DNA of 64,000 nucleotides from Orbicella franksi (Eukaryota): NCBI GenBank assembly GCA_964199315.1, contig OZ116709.1, positions 8,680,001 to 8,744,000 of the forward strand, read 5' to 3'. Shown piece by piece: positions 59,778 to 64,000 of this stretch (position 1 is its first letter; each line of letters starts with the position of its first letter). The notes under the pieces were generated by a model. It saw only the letters and a program-made list of their open reading frames with translations, ran no database searches and was not told where the DNA came from. The position numbers and the translations under genes were made by a program.

Positions 59778-62700
59778 ATGGAAGGGCTAAAAGAGTTTCT
59801 GACTCCTTCTCGCTTCAGTTTGTTTGGCTACATTGTAGCAGTCCTTTTTCTCTTGACAGGAGCCGTGTTTGTAGGAATCACAAGTAAGGTAAGACTCAAC
59901 GAAAGGAGAACTTTCCTTTGCGATTTCCAAGGTACCCTACCCGACAAGAATTTTCATCAAGCTCAATGCTTTGAGAAGTACGAGGAACAGTACAATTCTC
60001 CACTGCCATTGTATCTGTATGTCCTTTTGAGTTTTGTTGCCGTGGTCGTGGTGTGCCTCGCTTACTCGTGGTGTTGTGTGAAATCTCGGGTTGACCGGCT
60101 ACAAGCCGCGATGGCACCCGATGCGGAAAACCCTCGCCCAAGGCCAAGAATAAGAACTCGTCGAGTTTTCGCGATTTATTTCCTTCATCTAGCGACGCGC
60201 CTAGTCTTAGGAATTGTGTTTACATTGATGCAAAACTTTGTGTTGTATCCAGGTGGCTTTCCGACCGGATATGCTTGCGTTTTGCCAACGGTGAGATCAT
60301 TCAATACCAGCGCTTCTTCAAAAACACTCTCTCACACATCAAACTGCCACAATTCTGTTGCATCTGAAAAGAACAGCTGTATGAGGATGGTTTGGATAGC
60401 TAACATCATTTTCAACTGTCTTGTGTTCGGAGAAATCATTTATCTTCTAGCACGTGCATCACATAGTGGTAAGTTTACGTTCGATTCAGAATTCTCTTCA
60501 AAGTATTTTTTCTACCAAAGGTCAACTGCCGTGACGCCAGCTGGCTTCAGGAAATCCATGAAAAAACTGATCTTACAAGAAACAGAGTTTCTAGAGCCAC
60601 TGATTCACTGTAGCACTGAGGAAGAGGAAGGCAACATCCTCTTAGATGACATCTTTCTGGACGTAATCATTTACACCGGAAGAGCAAAAGAGAAGCTTTT
60701 GAAGGATTGCGAAAGACACCTCATATACGACTCCTATTTAAAACCTGAAAGCCAGCATGGATCAGTTGCGATCAAAACGCGCGGAGAGTTGTTTCTGTCC
60801 AACGAAGACACTCAAAACCCTCGGAAAATTCTCATCGTTGGACGCCCGGGAATCGGAAAGTCTTTGCTCTGTCAGAAACTCCTGCGTGATTGGAGTAAAG
60901 GGCACCTTTTCCACGATAACAGCAAAACGTTCAAGTACGCTTTCTTGTTCCAGTTTCGTTCGTTTTATTCGGAAACATCAGGACAGATCTCCTTTCGGCA
61001 GTTGCTGAACCGCACAGCATATTCAGCCGGTCAAAGAGACGATCAGGTTTTTCAAGAACTGTTGGATAATCCTGAGGAAGTACTTCTTGTATTTGATGGC
61101 TTCGACGAATTTAAGGATCACGATAGCTGCACGACCAACGAGGCGGCACGATTCGGAAATGGCCCAAGCGAGAAAATGCCATTATCAGCACTATACATGA
61201 AACTTCTGCAGGGAAAACTCCTTCCTGGAGCAACAGTGTTGACAAGTTGTAGGCCGACTGTGCTGGGAAGTGTTGAGGTCCCACTGTTTGACAGGACTGT
61301 GGAAATAATGGGCTTTACAGAAGAGAAAGTTCAGAAGTATGTGAACAACTACTGTGAAGGAGACAGCGCGACAGCAACACAAATATGGGAGCACATCTAC
61401 AGCAATTTAAACCTGTTGTCTTTATGCTACATTCCTGTGAATTGTCGCATATTGTGTTTCTTTCTCAAGGCGTTAATCAAGCTCTGTGCCCTGGGATCAG
61501 AAATCGTCACCTTACCGACAAGGCTCACGGAAGTCTACCAAGGAGCTTTGAGATTGTTCATCTTTACGCATCACCCGGAATTTCGCGATAAACCATTTCG
61601 GGGAAATGAACGCTTTTCAGATTCGGTTGAAAAGACCTTGACAGAACTCGGGTCGTTAGCAAGAAAAGGAATAGCCGAAGGGCGACTGATATTCGACTCA
61701 GAAGAAGTGTCAGGAATGATACATTGTGGTTTGCTGAATCAATTGCCTGACAGCAGGTTGTCTCCGGTGGAGTTCAAACAACGTTTTTGCTTCATTCATT
61801 TAACTTTACAGGAGTTTCTGGCCGCTAGAGAGATTGCGAAGATGGAGCCCGATGACCTTAAGGAATTTATTACGTCTAACACGGAAGATCCAAAGTGGCA
61901 TTTGGTCATTCAGTTCGTTGCTGGGTTACTTCATGGCCAGCAGCACAATGACGCGGTCAGCAGCTTTGTAAAGTGCCTTCACGACTCTTCGCTGTCGAAT
62001 CCACCGAATAAAAAGATGGCTTTACTCATGATGAAGTGTTTGTACGAGTACAATGACGATGCTACAGTGAAGAGCGCAGCTTCTCAGCTTCAGCAAAACA
62101 GATGTTTTCGCAATTCGTTTGACATGTGGAATTGCCAAATAACACCTGTTGACTGCACAGCAATTGTGTACTTCTTAAGAAACATTGAGCGGGTGAATTA
62201 CTCACTTTACCTAAGCGCTAATTCTCTAGGAGAAGGGGGATGTAAAGAATTAGCCAAGCTGTTAATGGAAGGAGGCCCAGTTAAATTACTCCTAAAAAAG
62301 AACAACATCACTGACCAGGGTTTGATTTCATTGATAAGAGCTATCAGTGCGGACAAGTGTAAACTCCAGAAGTTGAGCCTTAATTGGAACGACTTAATCA
62401 GTCCAGATGCATTAGTCCTCCTTTGCGAATCACTAAAAACCAAAAGTTGTAAGCTCACTCACTTGCGACTTGGCACATTGCAAATAACTGAACACGTTTT
62501 GTCACACTTGTGTGAATCACTGGAACACGCGAATTGCAAAATCACCAGCTTGAGGTTCAACGATGAGGAACTTTGGACCGACGCGGTTTTGTTGAAGTTC
62601 TGTGAAACACTCAAACACCAAAACTGCCAGGTGAGCTCGTTGAGAATAGAGTGTCAGAAAATTACTAACCAAGGCGTTAAACACTTCTGCGAAACACTAG

Positions 62701-62915
62701 AGAGCGAACATTGCAAACTCAAGAAACTGGATTTGATCAGCAATCGAATAACCGCTGTGGTGGTGCCTTTCATTCGCAGATCATTAAGTCACCCGAACTG
62801 TAAACTCTGTAAATTAAACATTATATCTTGGAACATAAATCAGCAAGTTGAGAGAGACCTGGATGAGGCACTTCAAGCTGCCTGCCTCAAACGCAATGCT
62901 CATTCCACAATGTAA
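59778..62915 (+). CDS. NLR (NACHT-WH-LRR), 1045 aa, intronless, with N-terminal connexin-like 4TM domain
   Basis: AAAATGG start; four hydrophobic segments in aa 13-225; Walker A GRPGIGKS (60840), Walker B VLLVFDGFDEF, sensor LTSCRP, LCYIP, winged-helix FIHLTLQEFLAA; ribonuclease-inhibitor-type LRRs (LYLSANSL, LSLNWNDL, LDLISNRI). Confidence 0.93.
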   Translation: MEGLKEFLTPSRFSLFGYIVAVLFLLTGAVFVGITSKVRLNERRTFLCDFQGTLPDKNFHQAQCFEKYEEQYNSPLPLYLYVLLSFVAVVVVCLAYSWCCVKSRVDRLQAAMAPDAENPRPRPRIRTRRVFAIYFLHLATRLVLGIVFTLMQNFVLYPGGFPTGYACVLPTVRSFNTSASSKTLSHTSNCHNSVASEKNSCMRMVWIANIIFNCLVFGEIIYLLARASHSGKFTFDSEFSSKYFFYQRSTAVTPAGFRKSMKKLILQETEFLEPLIHCSTEEEEGNILLDDIFLDVIIYTGRAKEKLLKDCERHLIYDSYLKPESQHGSVAIKTRGELFLSNEDTQNPRKILIVGRPGIGKSLLCQKLLRDWSKGHLFHDNSKTFKYAFLFQFRSFYSETSGQISFRQLLNRTAYSAGQRDDQVFQELLDNPEEVLLVFDGFDEFKDHDSCTTNEAARFGNGPSEKMPLSALYMKLLQGKLLPGATVLTSCRPTVLGSVEVPLFDRTVEIMGFTEEKVQKYVNNYCEGDSATATQIWEHIYSNLNLLSLCYIPVNCRILCFFLKALIKLCALGSEIVTLPTRLTEVYQGALRLFIFTHHPEFRDKPFRGNERFSDSVEKTLTELGSLARKGIAEGRLIFDSEEVSGMIHCGLLNQLPDSRLSPVEFKQRFCFIHLTLQEFLAAREIAKMEPDDLKEFITSNTEDPKWHLVIQFVAGLLHGQQHNDAVSSFVKCLHDSSLSNPPNKKMALLMMKCLYEYNDDATVKSAASQLQQNRCFRNSFDMWNCQITPVDCTAIVYFLRNIERVNYSLYLSANSLGEGGCKELAKLLMEGGPVKLLLKKNNITDQGLISLIRAISADKCKLQKLSLNWNDLISPDALVLLCESLKTKSCKLTHLRLGTLQITEHVLSHLCESLEHANCKITSLRFNDEELWTDAVLLKFCETLKHQNCQVSSLRIECQKITNQGVKHFCETLESEHCKLKKLDLISNRITAVVVPFIRRSLSHPNCKLCKLNIISWNINQQVERDLDEALQAACLKRNAHSTM

Positions 62916-63053
62916 ATAGCCCTCTCACTTAAAAAAAACTGCCAAACTTCAAGCTTGAGATTAAAACTCACGACTTCACTTTGCAAATTAACAAGAACAA
63001 CAGCACCTGAAAGTGCCATCTGCAAACACCATAGTTAATAGAGGGAAATGGTT

Positions 63054-63059
63054 AATAAA
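63054..63059 (+). promoter_or_regulatory. Candidate NLR polyadenylation signal AATAAA
   Basis: ~140 nt after the stop. Confidence 0.3.
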
Positions 63060-63535
63060 CCTGGCAAAGTTCTTTGTTGTATGTTTTTGCTGGCTATTTT
63101 GGGGGTTGACCCTGTACAAAACCTGACAAAATACAAAAGGTGGTTATGTGTGCTCATACAACTAGCCAATTGAAGCACTGCGATTTTGTAATTCATGCAT
63201 AGTCTGTGGGCATAAAACAAAAGATGTACAGGGTCAAGGACATTCTAACATAAATCTCAGCCTGTTTGTTTGCTTCTCTGGTGTTTACCGGCCTTCCTGA
63301 CCATTTCCCTCCGTTAACTATGGCAAACACATTACATACTCGCGTTTCATCCTCAGATGTAAAACTTAGAAGGATCTTTAAACGGCCAGATAAATACAAT
63401 AAACACCCACCTATAAGAAGCTGGTGATTAAGTGCGTGTTGGTTGAAATTGTTACATTTAAAGCCCCATCAACAATCGCCTGTTTCGTTTGACTGCGCAG
63501 AAGTTTTTTCAGTCCCAGTCTCTGTAATCCTCTAC

Positions 63536-63609
63536 GCAGCCGTTATTAGGATCGTCACGCAACGCTTTTCTAGAGAGAAGCATTGCGTGACGACCCTAAT
63601 AACGGCTGC
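63536..63609. mobile_element. Short palindromic MITE
   Basis: GCAGCCGTTATTAGGATCGTCACGCAACGCTT ... AAGCATTGCGTGACGACCCTAATAACGGCTGC. Confidence 0.75.
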
Positions 63610-64000
63610 CAAGGCGACTACGGTCTATGTTGTGCTCATCGATTCGACAAGTATTGTTTGTAAAGCAGTACACAAGTTCAACGAGTAAATATAATGGCAA
63701 CCAAAGAATAAAGAGAATTTTAAGGAAATCAATAACAAGTATTTTTTTTCTCCCCAGGTTGTAAGTTTCCTCCGGATATAATACCCAACTCGCTTGTAAC
63801 CTTACCGACTCTTCTTATACAGTTGTTTCGACAAAGGTTGTCCCACTAGTCTGTCCACAGACAATCTATCTTGTCTCGAGTTCGTCGCGATCGCAAGCGT
63901 AGCAAAATATTAATCTGGCGCGTGGGATATGAACGATCCAAAACGCAAGGGGGTGGGGCTCTTTCGCGTTCCACGCTCGCTTTCAAGCGCACTCGACGAA

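Overview
AT-rich, intron-containing animal genomic DNA. The repeat landscape and gene content suggest a stony coral or other anthozoan; this is inference. Four things stand out. (1) A complete 7-exon Tbx4/5 T-box gene on + (11812-22163). (2) The 3' nine exons of BRIP1/FANCJ on - (51173-58763), convergent with Tbx4/5; this is the same neighbour pair and orientation as human TBX4-BRIP1. (3) Between them, a tandem array of five intronless paralogs of a family I cannot name (signal-like N-terminus, long helical body, Cys-bracketed hydrophobic hairpin). Three are intact and two carry single frameshifts, and the most divergent copy has an extra C-terminal membrane anchor. The architecture is reminiscent of alpha-pore-forming or ApoL-type effectors. 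(4) An intronless NACHT-LRR (NLR) gene on + (59778-62915), apparently nested antisense in a BRIP1 intron. Its N-terminal effector is a four-TM domain carrying connexin signature spacings, making it a candidate ligand-gated NLR-hemichannel. Many MITEs and non-autonomous DNA transposons are present, several with readable TIRs and TSDs, plus SINE and Penelope-like remnants. All exon models were read by eye from splice signals and reading phase. Family assignments rest on recalled motifs, not database searches.
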